Assembly: GCA_965202625.1 (NCBI GenBank)
Contig: CBDBBI010000010.1
Span: 864,001-928,000, forward strand
Direction of reading: 5' to 3'
Origin: a bacterium
GTDB taxonomy: Bacteria; UBA8248
DNA length: 64,000 bases
The position numbers were made by a program, and so were the translations under genes. The notes beneath the pieces were generated by a model that was not told the origin of the DNA, did not search any database, and was given only the letters and a program-made list of their open reading frames with translations. Below, piece by piece: positions 10,792-22,430 of this stretch (position 1 is the stretch's first letter; each line of letters begins with the position of its first letter).

Positions 10792-12391
10792 AATCGTCGT
10801 CAACGCCGAACCATTTGAAACGCGCGTCGCTTTGCTCGAGAGCGGGGTAGCTGCTGAGCTCTACATCGAACGCGAAAGCGGAAGAAGCATCGTTGGTAAC
10901 ATCTACAAGGGAAGAGTGACGAAAGTGCTTCCGGGGATACAGGCGGCGTTCATAGACATTGGTCTAGAGAAAGCAGGCTTTCTCTACGTGAACGACGTGG
11001 ACACCATCGAGTCTATTGAAAATTACAGAGAACTTGCGGCTCGACAAGCGGACGATGAGGACGGCGACCTTGATTTTGAGGGAAGCGGCTTCGGCAACGG
11101 GGATGAGCACGACAACGGCGACGATGCGCAACACAACGGATCGCCCGCAAACGCAACCATAAGACGCCCGCGCCGCTGGGAAAAGGAGCGGCACATAGAA
11201 GATTTGCTGAAAGATGGACAAGACGTAATCGTTCAAGTCAGCAAGGAGCCATTGGGCACCAAAGGATCCAGACTAACGAGCTACATCACCCTGCCCGGTC
11301 GATATGTCGTCTACATGCCCACGATTAAGCAAATTGGCATCAGCAGGCGAATCGAAAACGAGGGAGAACGAAAAAGGCTCAAAAAGCTGGTCCGCAAGCA
11401 TCGTCAACCAGGAGCCGGATATATTGTGCGCACCGCAAGCGAAGCCATGCCCGCTCAGGAAATCGAAGCCAACGTAAATTTTCTGCACGCTCTTTGGGAA
11501 GATATTCTGAGCAGAAACGAATCGGCTTCCGCTCCATCAAGAATTCATTTGAACCTGGACATCATACAGCGCACCGTGAGGGATTTATTCAATTCCGCCG
11601 TCGACAGAATGGTCATCGACGATAAGGAACAATACCTGAAAACCAGGGAATTCTTGCAAAGCTACTACCCACACTTGGTACCCAAACTCCATCACTACGA
11701 CGACGATGAGCCGATATTCGGCCATTTCGGCGTCGAACTCGAACTTGAGCGCGCACTCGGTCAGCGCGTGTGGCTTCGCAATGGTGGCTATATCGTGATC
11801 GATCAGACAGAGGCACTCACCACCATTGACGTCAACACCGGACGCTTCGTCGGCAAGAAAAATCCCGAGGAAACCATCCTCCAAACCAACCTGGAGGCGG
11901 TGCGACAAATCGTGGCGCAGTTACGCCTTCGCAATCTGGGTGGAATTATTATCGTCGATTTCATCGACATGGAAAAAGAAACTAACAAGGAAAAAGTATT
12001 CAATACCTTCAAAGAAGAACTCAGAAAAGACCGCTCACGCACCAACATCTTGAAAATAAGCGACCTGGGGCTGGTCGAGATGACTCGAAAGCGCGTGCGG
12101 GACAGCGTCCAGAGGACGCTTTGCACCCCATGCCCCTATTGCGAAGGACGTGGACAGGTGAAATCCGCGATCTCGGTGAGCTATGAGGCCATGCGAGAAG
12201 TGCGACGGATGAAGAAAACGCACAAAGACGCGACAAAATTCCTCATCAACGTTCACCCCGAAGTCGTCGACGTCCTGCTGGATGAAGAGCGAAAGCATGT
12301 CGAGGAACTCGAACGTTTCCTGAACATACAGCTCATCATCAAAGGCGATGGTGAACTGCATCGAGAAGGGTTCGAGGTCGTTCGCCTATGA
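10781..12391 (+). CDS. rng: Ribonuclease G (Rne/Rng family)
   Basis: GNIYKGRV..VLPGIQAAFIDIG (S1), TIDVNTG, LRLRNLGGIIIVDFIDM, GLVEMTRKR, CPYCEGRG; 536 aa with no long RNase E C-terminal scaffold. Confidence 0.95.
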   Translation: MPSEIVVNAEPFETRVALLESGVAAELYIERESGRSIVGNIYKGRVTKVLPGIQAAFIDIGLEKAGFLYVNDVDTIESIENYRELAARQADDEDGDLDFEGSGFGNGDEHDNGDDAQHNGSPANATIRRPRRWEKERHIEDLLKDGQDVIVQVSKEPLGTKGSRLTSYITLPGRYVVYMPTIKQIGISRRIENEGERKRLKKLVRKHRQPGAGYIVRTASEAMPAQEIEANVNFLHALWEDILSRNESASAPSRIHLNLDIIQRTVRDLFNSAVDRMVIDDKEQYLKTREFLQSYYPHLVPKLHHYDDDEPIFGHFGVELELERALGQRVWLRNGGYIVIDQTEALTTIDVNTGRFVGKKNPEETILQTNLEAVRQIVAQLRLRNLGGIIIVDFIDMEKETNKEKVFNTFKEELRKDRSRTNILKISDLGLVEMTRKRVRDSVQRTLCTPCPYCEGRGQVKSAISVSYEAMREVRRMKKTHKDATKFLINVHPEVVDVLLDEERKHVEELERFLNIQLIIKGDGELHREGFEVVRL

Positions 12392-12434
12392 TGAGGCGCC
12401 ACGCCATTCGTCCTCTATCGTTCCGCCGGCAAAG

Positions 12435-13204
12435 ATGAGAGACATGCGGCGCAGCCTGCGCACTCTGGTGATCGCAACCCTGGCGTCGGGGTACGTCAAT
12501 TCCCTTACACCTGCTCAAAAGTCCGCTCCGTCCAAGCCGCCTCAAAGCGCTCCCAACGTCAAGTCGCTCAAAGAAGAATTGTCGTCTGCAAAGGCGCAGA
12601 GCGAGAGTCTCAAGGCCCAGGTTTCTGAATTCGTCGAAAAGGTCAAGACGCTTTCTCCAGCTGTTCGTAATCTCCAAGAGAAAAACAGAAGATTGGAAGC
12701 CACCATCAAACGATTCGAGAGAGAGCCTCCCCGCTACGTCATCCCCGCAAAGAACGAGGGGGCAAAGCACCTGTCCAGAACCCGAAGGATGGCGCCGAGA
12801 AAAAGTGGACCGTCGCCCACCACCCCCCAGGAACTCTACAATAAGTCGTATCGTGCTGTCAGAGACGGGCGAAGCGAGGAGGTCATTCCGAGTTTCGCCG
12901 CTTCCTGCGACTGTTTCCCAAAAGCCAGCTGGCGTCCAACTCCCAGTATTCGCTGGGGGAGGCTTACTACTATCTGCGAGAACACCTCGCCGCGCTGGAT
13001 GAGTTCGACCATCTCACCCGCAACTACCCTAAAAACCGAAAAACGCCGGGCACGCATTATAAACGCGGGCTGCGCTATCTTCGTCGAAAGCGTCCCCACA
13101 AAGCTGCGCTCGAATCTGAGAAACTCCTCAAAAAATTCCCCCGTCATCCACTATCCCCAAAAACGAGGCCGCAACTTCAAAACCTCAAGCATCAGCAAAA
13201 ATAA
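12435..13204 (+). pseudogene. cpoB: Cell division coordinator CpoB/YbgF (coiled coil plus TPR), frameshifted
   Basis: Signal-like start MRDMRRSLRTLVIATLASGY, a coiled coil, then PQELYNKSYRAVRDG. A 1-nt frameshift near 12895 continues in another frame as RRFLRLFPKSQLASNSQYSLGEAYY...YPKNRKTPGTHYKRG...LLKKFPRHP, the YbgF TPR, ending TAA at 13204. Confidence 0.8.
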
Positions 13205-13262
13205 TATAGCGTTGTGAAAATACGCGTCCCTACCTCCCTCGCGCCTCAATTTTTCGCGCATC

Positions 13263-13290
13263 TTGACATGCGATACGGACTCCGTGCTAT
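13263..13290 (+). promoter_or_regulatory. Putative sigma70 promoter for dprA-topA
   Basis: Perfect TTGACA, 16-nt spacer, then TGCTAT, 35 nt upstream of the dprA ATG. Confidence 0.45.
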
Positions 13291-13325
13291 GGATTCAAAA
13301 GCGCGATGAAGATTGGAGACCCTGA

Positions 13326-14507
13326 ATGAACGCTTCGAACCACAATGTATGCTCTCAGAGCACAGGCACTTTGAGCGCATCCGACGCCTGGCTCGTTTTA
13401 CAGACGCTTCCAGGCATGACTCCGGAGCGCATGCATCGATTAACAGAGGCGTTCCAGTGCCCGACGGAAGCCTTCGAGGCGCCGCTGGACGTATTTGCGC
13501 GCCTTTGCGGCCGGAGGGCGCGCGAGGTTATCGAAAAGGATTCTCCATACGACTTGGCGATCAAAGGCCGGCAGGAAGCATCCAGATTGGGCGTGGGGGC
13601 AATCACGCGCGATTCCGCCCAATATCCCGAGACACTGCGCAATATTTACTATCCACCGGGCGCGTTTTTCATCGAAGGCGAAATCCTGGACTCGGATTGC
13701 CTCGCCGTCGCTATCGTCGGCATGCGGCGTCCAACGGACTACGGAAGGCGAATGGCACAGGAGCTCGCCGCTGCACTCGCCAGAAAGGGCGTCACCATCG
13801 TAAGCGGTATGGCACACGGCATTGACGCGGAAGCCCACCGGGCCGCACTCGACGCAGGAGGCAGAACCATCGCCGTCATGGGATGCGGCCTAGCGCGAAA
13901 TTATCCTGCGGATCATAAAGAGCTCAGGCAGAAGATCGCTGCCGATGGTGCTGTGCTCTCCGAATTTCACCTTCATGCTCATCCGCGAAAAGAGAACTTC
14001 CCCAGGAGAAACCGACTGATTAGCGGCCTGTCTCTCGCTACGATCGTCGTCGAAGCCGCGCAACGAAGCGGAGCGCTCATGACCGCCCGGCTCGCGTTGG
14101 AGCAAGGGCGCGAGGTGATGGCCGTCCCGGGGTCCGTGCATACCCAGAGAAGCGCCGGCTGTCATCATCTTCTCAAACAGGGGGCGCATCTGGTGGAAAA
14201 CGCGGAGGACATCGTCAACGCCCTTCCAGAATACGCCCGAAACATGTTAGATGATCCAGCACGGATTCAGATCAAGGGATTGCGCCCTGACGAAAACGCG
14301 GATGAAACCAGGGCGTCGCATCCCCATCTCACAGACGATGAAAACGCGCTTTTACGCTTGTTGGAAAATGGAGACAATACCGTAGAGGAGCTTATCCAAA
14401 AGCGAGGCTTGCCAGCACAGGAAATTTCATCCGCCTTGTTGCGCCTTGAGATAGAAGGCTTGGTCAGACAAACACGTTCAGGTGCCTACGAACGGTTTTC
14501 TTCCTAG
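13326..14507 (+). CDS. dprA: DNA-protecting protein DprA/Smf
   Basis: VAIVG.R, IVSGMAHGIDAEAH, FPRRNRLISGLS, VVEAAQRSGAL.TA..ALEQGREV.AVPG, C-terminal winged helix. Confidence 0.96.
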   Translation: MNASNHNVCSQSTGTLSASDAWLVLQTLPGMTPERMHRLTEAFQCPTEAFEAPLDVFARLCGRRAREVIEKDSPYDLAIKGRQEASRLGVGAITRDSAQYPETLRNIYYPPGAFFIEGEILDSDCLAVAIVGMRRPTDYGRRMAQELAAALARKGVTIVSGMAHGIDAEAHRAALDAGGRTIAVMGCGLARNYPADHKELRQKIAADGAVLSEFHLHAHPRKENFPRRNRLISGLSLATIVVEAAQRSGALMTARLALEQGREVMAVPGSVHTQRSAGCHHLLKQGAHLVENAEDIVNALPEYARNMLDDPARIQIKGLRPDENADETRASHPHLTDDENALLRLLENGDNTVEELIQKRGLPAQEISSALLRLEIEGLVRQTRSGAYERFSS

Positions 14508-14711
14508 AGTGATGGCCTCTAGGCGAGGAGAAAGGTTGAATTTGCGCGGCCAAACGCATAACCCAAGCAACCCCAAAAAGACCAACGATAGCCGCCCTCC
14601 GAGTAAATCTCTGCGCGCGGAACGCTTTTCGTATTTCGGAAAGAGCGGCGAGATTTCGACTGAAAATCAGTGTCGCAAACCATGGAGGACCCAGTGGGCG
14701 AGAGCAAATCA

Positions 14712-17282
14712 ATGATCAAAAAAAAAGCGATGAAGAAAACCTCCCAAAAACGCTCTTTGGGCGAGAGAAAAAAAACGCTCCCCAAGAAACGCGTCTCTCA
14801 CAGCGCGCAAAACCAAAAATCCGCCTCCAAGCTCCTCATCGTGGAGTCACCGACGAAGGTCCGCACCATCAAGAAATTTCTGGGGCCTGAGTTCGACATT
14901 CTCCCGTCCAAAGGGCATGTGCGCGATTTGCAAAAAACAGGTGAACTCCGCATGGGAATAGATGTTCACAATAACTTCGAAGCGGATTATGACATCATCC
15001 CAGGAAAGGCAAAAACGGTAGAGCAACTGCGGAAAGCCGCAACTGAGGCGAAGGAGATCTATTTGGCCCCGGACCCAGACCGCGAGGGAGAAGCTATTGC
15101 CTGGCACATTCAGCAACTCCTCAGCGGTGCGGACCCCAAAAGCGAATTTTATCGGGTGAGATTCAACGAGATCACACGAAGGGCGGTTCATGAGGCACTC
15201 GCCAAACCAGGGCGAATCGACCAGAAAAAAGTCGAAGCGCAAGAAACACGCAGAAAGCTGGATCGAATCGTGGGCTTCAAACTCTCCGGTGAGATTCTCT
15301 GGAGCAAGGTCGCGTTTGGTCTCAGCGCAGGTCGGGTTCAGTCCGTCGCCCTGAAGCTGATATGCGAGCGAGAAGATGCGATAGAGGCTTTTGAACCGAA
15401 AGAATACTGGAGTGTCACGGCGCACCTGGAAAAAGCGGGCCTCAAACCTGAGTTTGAAGCGAAATTGCATCGAATCAACGGAGAAGAGGCAGAAATTCCA
15501 AACGAAGCGAGAGCGAGCGACTTGGCGGAGAAAATAGCCGCCGGCATCTTGAGGGTGTCCAAGGTGGAGAAAAAAGAGCGGCGACGCAGGGCGCCCGCTC
15601 CTTTTATCACCAGCTCCCTCCAGCAAGAGAGTTCAAACAAATTGCGTTATGGCGCAAAAAAAACCATGCGCATCGCACAATTTTTGTACGAGGGGGCGCC
15701 TTTAGGCCGCGACGTGGGAAATGTCGGCCTCATCACCTACATGAGAACTGACTCCGTAAGGCTCGCACCCGAGGCGGTCGCCGAGGCGCGCTCGTATATC
15801 GAGACGATATACGGAAAGAACCATCTCCCCCAAAAACCCGCTGTATTTAAGACGAGAGGGATGACCCAGGACGCGCACGAGGCTATTCGTCCAACCGACA
15901 TTCGCCTTACGCCCGAGAAGTTGAGACGCTTTCTCAAACCAGAAGCACTATCCCTCTATTCCCTCATCTGGCGGCGATTCCTCGCAAGCCAAATGACGCC
16001 GGCCATCTACGATCAGACCAGCGTGGACATTTCCCTCGACCATCAGAGAGAGGACGATTCAGGCGCGGAAGAACTCCTTCTGAGGTCGAGCGGCTCCATC
16101 CTGAAATTCGCAGGCTTCCTCAAGGTCTATGAAGACGACGCCGAATTCAGTGGCGACGCGGACGCTCTAAAATCGAAGCCTTCAAACGCCGGGCGCGACA
16201 GACCCTTGCCTCCCCTTGCGGGGAACGACCTTGTATCGCTCGTGAAGTCAGAATCCGTGCCCACCGGCGTCAAGCCCGAGCAACATTTCACCCAACCTCC
16301 CCCCCGCTATACGGAAGCCTCCTTGGTGAAAGAATTGGAGGAAGACGGGATTGGTCGGCCCAGCACATACGCGAGCATCTTGGACACGCTAGAAAAACGA
16401 AAATACGTCGAGATAGAGAGAAAACGGAGACAGTTCACGCCCTCCCCACTTGGACGGGAAGTGAATCGACTTCTTATCCAGGGCTTTCCCGAACACATCG
16501 ACGTGGGCTTCACGGCGAAAATGGAAGGCGACCTGGACGACATTGAAAGCGGAACGAAACCATGGCTGCCCATCATAAAAAATTTTTACGATGATTTTGA
16601 CCAGAAGGTCCAGATAGAGAAGGAAAAGTTGCCAAACCTTAAGATAAAAACGGAGCCAACCGGCAGGAATTGCCCCGAATGCGCGCGCGAGCTGGTGAAG
16701 AAATTCAGCAGAAACGGCTGGTTCATATCATGCTCAGGATACCCGGATTGCCGTTATTCGGAGGACATCCACACCCGAAACGGGGCTAATTCCGAAGCAG
16801 AAGAAGAAATGGCGCGCATTGAGGAAGTCGCCCCACCCTGCGAGGAATGCGGCGCGCCCATGCGGGCAAAACGCGGGCCTTTCGGCGTCTATTTGACTTG
16901 TACGGCGTTGCCGAATGAGCACAAAAAAAGAAAAGTATCCGGCAATGGACAAGAGACCATCGCCCCGAAGTTAACCGGCGTGAATTGTCCCCGCCATGGT
17001 TGCGATGGAGAATTGGTGGAGCGACGCTCCCGTCGCACCGGAAAACCTTTCTATGGATGCAATCGTTTCCCGGCCTGCAAGTCCGTCACATGGGATTGGC
17101 CGGTCGCTCAGCCATGCCCTTCTTGCGGGCATCCCATCCTGACGATAAAAACAACCAGGAAAAACGAGAAACACCTCGTTTGCTCTCTCAAAGATTGCGA
17201 CTACGCCATTCCATGTCCCCTTGATCTCATTGAACAGATAGAAACATCAAGGGCCCGTTTGGCTCAGGAGATCTCGGCTTGA
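14712..17282 (+). CDS. topA: DNA topoisomerase I (type IA) with C-terminal zinc ribbons; start uncertain (14670-14730)
   Basis: LLIVESPTK, GHVRDL, DPDREGEAIAWH, SAGRVQS, ITYMRTDS (catalytic Tyr), QDAHEAIRPT, GIGRPSTY, several C4 zinc ribbons. Confidence 0.97.
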   Translation: MIKKKAMKKTSQKRSLGERKKTLPKKRVSHSAQNQKSASKLLIVESPTKVRTIKKFLGPEFDILPSKGHVRDLQKTGELRMGIDVHNNFEADYDIIPGKAKTVEQLRKAATEAKEIYLAPDPDREGEAIAWHIQQLLSGADPKSEFYRVRFNEITRRAVHEALAKPGRIDQKKVEAQETRRKLDRIVGFKLSGEILWSKVAFGLSAGRVQSVALKLICEREDAIEAFEPKEYWSVTAHLEKAGLKPEFEAKLHRINGEEAEIPNEARASDLAEKIAAGILRVSKVEKKERRRRAPAPFITSSLQQESSNKLRYGAKKTMRIAQFLYEGAPLGRDVGNVGLITYMRTDSVRLAPEAVAEARSYIETIYGKNHLPQKPAVFKTRGMTQDAHEAIRPTDIRLTPEKLRRFLKPEALSLYSLIWRRFLASQMTPAIYDQTSVDISLDHQREDDSGAEELLLRSSGSILKFAGFLKVYEDDAEFSGDADALKSKPSNAGRDRPLPPLAGNDLVSLVKSESVPTGVKPEQHFTQPPPRYTEASLVKELEEDGIGRPSTYASILDTLEKRKYVEIERKRRQFTPSPLGREVNRLLIQGFPEHIDVGFTAKMEGDLDDIESGTKPWLPIIKNFYDDFDQKVQIEKEKLPNLKIKTEPTGRNCPECARELVKKFSRNGWFISCSGYPDCRYSEDIHTRNGANSEAEEEMARIEEVAPPCEECGAPMRAKRGPFGVYLTCTALPNEHKKRKVSGNGQETIAPKLTGVNCPRHGCDGELVERRSRRTGKPFYGCNRFPACKSVTWDWPVAQPCPSCGHPILTIKTTRKNEKHLVCSLKDCDYAIPCPLDLIEQIETSRARLAQEISA

Positions 17283-18604
17283 GCGAAAGATTGCAGATAA
17301 TCGGCGGAGGTCTCGCCGGCTGTGAAGCCGCTTGGCAGGCGGCTAAACGAGACATCCAGGTCGACCTGTACGAGATGCGTCCCCACGTTAAGACGCCGGC
17401 ACATGAAACCACTGACCTAGCGGAGCTTGTTTGCTCGAACTCCTTTCGCTCGAATTCTCTCGAAAACGCCTCGGGCCTGCTCAAAGAAGAAATGCGCAAG
17501 CTCGACTCACTCATCTTGCGAAGCGCCGATTCTTTTCGGGTTCCAGCAGGCATGGCGCTGGCCGTCGACCGCTCCTCCTTCAGCAAAGTGGTCACGCAAA
17601 CGATCGAAAACGACCCGCGAATCACGCTTCACAGAGAAGAAATCACGAACTTGGAGGGGGATGCGCCCACCATCATCGCCACGGGTCCGTTGACGAGCGA
17701 TTCTCTCTCTGCCGAAATCGCCCGCATGACGCAAGGGAAGTATCTGTATTTCTATGACGCCATTTCGCCCATTCTGCACGCGGACAGCATCGACATGTCG
17801 GTGGCGTTCATAGGATCGCGCTACGGAAAAGGTGAAGAAGAGGGTGGAAAGGGCGACTACCTCAATTTGGGCCTGAGCGAAACCCAATACTATCAGTTCG
17901 TGGAGAATCTAATCGCTGGCGAGAAGATACCCCTTCGTGAATTTGAACGCGCGGTCTATTTCGAAGGTTGCCTTCCCCTCGAAGAGATAGCCGCGCGCGG
18001 AAAAGACACCCTCGCCTTTGGACCGATGAAACCCGTAGGACTGGAGCATCCCGAGACCGGAGAGACATACAGCGCGGTCGCCCAGCTCAGACGCGAGGAC
18101 CTGACGGGAGATTACTTCTCGATGGTGGGTTTTCAGACAAGGCTGCGCTATCCGGAGCAAAAGCGTATCTTCTCGACGCTTCCCGCTTTGCGAAACGCAC
18201 GCTTTTTACGCTACGGAAGTTTGCACCGAAATACTTACATCAACGCGCCGCGTCTATTGCGGATAACCCTACAACTCAAGCGCCATCCGAACATTTTCAT
18301 GGCGGGGCAACTCACCGGCGTCGAGGGATACCTTGAGTCGGCCGCAATCGGCCTTCTCGCAGGAATCAACGCGGCTGTCACTATCCACGAAAAACCCTTA
18401 CTCCCTCCGCCACCGACAACGGCGATCGGCGCCTTGAATCACTACGTCATTGAAGCGAATCCGAAAAATTTCCAGCCCATGAACATCAACTTCGGCCTCT
18501 TTCCGCCTCTGGAAAAACGCATTCCAAAAAAATATCGAAAAAAGAGCGTCATCAATCGTGCCATCAAGGATATGGAGCAATGGCGAAGCAAAATCGCCCC
18601 ATAA
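17279..18604 (+). CDS. trmFO: Folate/FAD-dependent tRNA (m5U54) methyltransferase TrmFO (Gid)
   Basis: IIGGGLAGCEAAWQ, ELVCSNSF, YFYDAISPI, YFEGCLP, FGPMKPVGL, AGQLTGVEGY, FQPMNINFG. Confidence 0.96.
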   Translation: MSERLQIIGGGLAGCEAAWQAAKRDIQVDLYEMRPHVKTPAHETTDLAELVCSNSFRSNSLENASGLLKEEMRKLDSLILRSADSFRVPAGMALAVDRSSFSKVVTQTIENDPRITLHREEITNLEGDAPTIIATGPLTSDSLSAEIARMTQGKYLYFYDAISPILHADSIDMSVAFIGSRYGKGEEEGGKGDYLNLGLSETQYYQFVENLIAGEKIPLREFERAVYFEGCLPLEEIAARGKDTLAFGPMKPVGLEHPETGETYSAVAQLRREDLTGDYFSMVGFQTRLRYPEQKRIFSTLPALRNARFLRYGSLHRNTYINAPRLLRITLQLKRHPNIFMAGQLTGVEGYLESAAIGLLAGINAAVTIHEKPLLPPPPTTAIGALNHYVIEANPKNFQPMNINFGLFPPLEKRIPKKYRKKSVINRAIKDMEQWRSKIAP

Positions 18605-19524
18605 ACCGTCTGAGCGAGGCTCGGGAATCGTTTGAGGCACATCTGCGCGATGAGCGCGACAGTTCGCAGCACACGATTCGCGCGTACGCCACAGATTTAA
18701 GAAGCTTTGAGGAATTTCTCACCGATTGGGCGCATAAGCCGGCGCGATTAGATGAAATTGATTCTCTATCTGTTCGCGGGTATCTCGGCTTTCTCTACAA
18801 AAAGGGCGCCTCGACAACGACCGTGAACCGGCACTTATCGAGTATACGAAGCCTGTTTCGCTTCTTAAGGCAAGAGGGCTTCTCCGTGGCCGATCCAGCA
18901 GGCGAAATCCTCTCACTCAAGGGGAAAAAAACCTTGCCTACCTTCTTGCCCGTCGATGACGCCGTTCGCCTAATGGAGATGCCCGACACCTCGACTCCGG
19001 AAGGCGTCAGGGACAAGGCGATGTTCGAGCTGCTTTACGGTTCGGGCTTGAGGGTCAGTGAATTGACGGGGCTGAACCATGCGGATTTAAACACGGGTGA
19101 AAAGCTCATCCGCGTTCGGGGGAAGGGAAGAAAAGAGAGAATCGTTCCTATCACAAAAGAGGCTGCAAAAGCCGTCATCCACTATCAGGAACAAATGAAA
19201 GCGGATGTTCTGGAGGATTCGCCTCTCTTCGTTAACCAGAGGAAGCGAAGAATCTCCCCTGCCTTCGTGCGCACTATCTTCCTTAGATATGAAAAAAGGG
19301 GCGGTTTCAGCTATCATTTCACCCCTCATGCGCTTCGTCATACGGCGGCAACGCATTTACTGGAAAGCAAAGAAGCCGATCTGCGGTCGATTCAAGAACT
19401 ACTGGGGCACGCGAGCCTATCCACGACGCAAAGATACACACAGGTAGATTTCTCTCATCTGCGCGCCGTGTATGATGACGCCCATCCCAGGGCGAAGATG
19501 AAAACAAGCAAGGATGATCAATGA
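18580..19524 (+). CDS. xerC: Tyrosine recombinase XerC
   Basis: [51 protein letters not shown]; canonical position between trmFO and hslV. Confidence 0.92.
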   Translation: MAKQNRPINRLSEARESFEAHLRDERDSSQHTIRAYATDLRSFEEFLTDWAHKPARLDEIDSLSVRGYLGFLYKKGASTTTVNRHLSSIRSLFRFLRQEGFSVADPAGEILSLKGKKTLPTFLPVDDAVRLMEMPDTSTPEGVRDKAMFELLYGSGLRVSELTGLNHADLNTGEKLIRVRGKGRKERIVPITKEAAKAVIHYQEQMKADVLEDSPLFVNQRKRRISPAFVRTIFLRYEKRGGFSYHFTPHALRHTAATHLLESKEADLRSIQELLGHASLSTTQRYTQVDFSHLRAVYDDAHPRAKMKTSKDDQ

Positions 19525-20068
19525 AAAAACCAGGCGAAACGATTCGCTCCACCACCATCCTCGCCCTGCGCTATAAAGGGCGAACCGCCTTGGGCGGAGA
19601 CGGTCAGGTCACCATGGGGCAGGCGGCGGTAAAGCACAGAGCCGTTAAAATTCGCAAGCTCGGTGGCGGAAAGGTGCTCGCGGGCTTTGCCGGTTCCGCC
19701 TCAGACGCCATCGCCCTATTCGAGCGATTCGAGGGGAAACTTGAGGAATACCGGGGAAACTTATCGCGCGCCGCCGTAGAGATGGGCAAAGACTGGAGAA
19801 CGGACAGGGTCTTGCGCCGTCTGGAGGCCCTTCTGGCGGTGGCGGATGTGAAAACCTCGCTCATCTTGTCAGGCACGGGCGACATCATCGAGCCGGACGA
19901 CGGAGTTCTCGGAATCGGCAGCGGCGGCCCCATCGCCACCGCCGCCGCGCGCGCCATGCTGAGATTGGAGCCCGACTTAGACGCCGATGAAATTGTAAGG
20001 CGATCTTTGGAAATCGCGGCGGATATTTGCATCTACACCAACAAAAACATCTCAGTGGAAACGCTCTG

Positions 20069-20069
<1 letters not shown>
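19521..20069 (+). CDS. hslV: ATP-dependent protease peptidase subunit HslV
   Basis: STTIL (catalytic Thr), [36 protein letters not shown]. Confidence 0.97.
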
Positions 20070-21427
<1,358 letters not shown>

Positions 21428-21534
21428 AACCTAGACTTGTCCACCCCTTGGCCTCAAGCCTCTGGGGGGTGTATATTTCTCGCCTGTGAAGAAAAATTCA
21501 TATCTCGTTCGTTATTTTTGAAGGTTCCTCGCGG

Positions 21535-22410
21535 ATGGAAGAAAAAGACAGAGCGGCGACGTTGGTTGAAGCACTGCCCTACATTCAACAGTTCGCCGGC
21601 AAAACCATCGTCGTCAAATACGGCGGGGCCGCCCAAGTGCGAGCGGAGCTCCACGCCCCGTTCGCCCAAGATATCGTGCTTCTCAAATACGTGGGGATCA
21701 ACGTGGTCGTCGTTCACGGTGGTGGTCCTCAAATTGGCGAGACTCTCAAAAAAATCGGAAAAACCAGTGAGTTCATTGAAGGTCTCCGGGTGACGGACGA
21801 GGAGACAGTCGGCATCGTGGAGATGGTGCTTTCCGGCTCCACGAACAAGGGCATCGTAAGACTTATCAACCAACACGGGGGCAACGCCGTGGGTCTCTCT
21901 GGTTCTGATGCTGGCCTCACGACGGCGAAAAAACTCACCATGAACAAAAAAGGGCCATTCGGAGAAGACGTGGAATACGATTTGGGGCGCGTCGGCGATG
22001 TCTTGTCCATACGACCCGAAATAATCCACCATCTCACTGAGGGCGGGTTCATCCCCGTCATCGCTCCCTTAGGCGTGGGACGAGACGGCAGCATCTACAA
22101 CATCAACGCCGACTCAGTCGCCGGTGCCATCGCCGGGGCGCTTCATGCGGAAAAATTCATACTCCTCACGGACGTGCCCGGCATTCTGGACACAAGCCAA
22201 AACCTTATCAGCACCCTCAGGCGCGATGAAGTCAAACGATTAAAAGACGAGAAAATCCTCACCGGCGGCATGATTCCGAAAGTGGACGCTTGCCTGAACG
22301 CGCTCTCATCCAGCGTGGCAAAAACCCACGTCGTAGACGGCAGAGTCCCTCACGCCGTTTTGCTCGAAGTGTTCACGAAAGAAGGCGTGGGCACGCAAAT
22401 CGTCAGATAA
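21535..22410 (+). CDS. argB: Acetylglutamate kinase
   Basis: EALPYIQQF.GKTIVVKYGG, VHGGGPQI, GLRVTD, YNINAD, GGMIPKV. Confidence 0.97.
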   Translation: MEEKDRAATLVEALPYIQQFAGKTIVVKYGGAAQVRAELHAPFAQDIVLLKYVGINVVVVHGGGPQIGETLKKIGKTSEFIEGLRVTDEETVGIVEMVLSGSTNKGIVRLINQHGGNAVGLSGSDAGLTTAKKLTMNKKGPFGEDVEYDLGRVGDVLSIRPEIIHHLTEGGFIPVIAPLGVGRDGSIYNINADSVAGAIAGALHAEKFILLTDVPGILDTSQNLISTLRRDEVKRLKDEKILTGGMIPKVDACLNALSSSVAKTHVVDGRVPHAVLLEVFTKEGVGTQIVR

Positions 22411-22430
22411 GCTCATCCTTGAGGAGAAGC

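Noticed and set aside
11030-11180. Acidic, repetitive gacgat/ggcgac-rich segment in rng as a repeat element
   Set aside because: An in-frame low-complexity loop within the S1 domain, common in this family; not a DNA repeat.
12896-13217. C-terminal part of the 289-aa track ORF 12348..13217 as a novel protein
   Set aside because: Out-of-frame read-through after the cpoB frameshift; the alternative frame gives a recognisable TPR.
14503-14523. Hairpin CCTAGAG-N7-CTCTAGG at the dprA stop as a terminator
   Set aside because: It overlaps the stop codon and has no U tract; support is insufficient.
14847-15626. Long antisense or alternate-frame ORFs (also 5961..6737, 29592..30206, 60299..60889, 62194..62994)
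   Set aside because: They overlap well-supported genes, have no recognisable motifs, and are expected in GC-rich coding DNA.
18580-19524. Tyrosine recombinase as a phage/ICE integrase
   Set aside because: It has XerC length and sits in canonical topA-trmFO-xerC-hslVU synteny, with no att sites or cargo.
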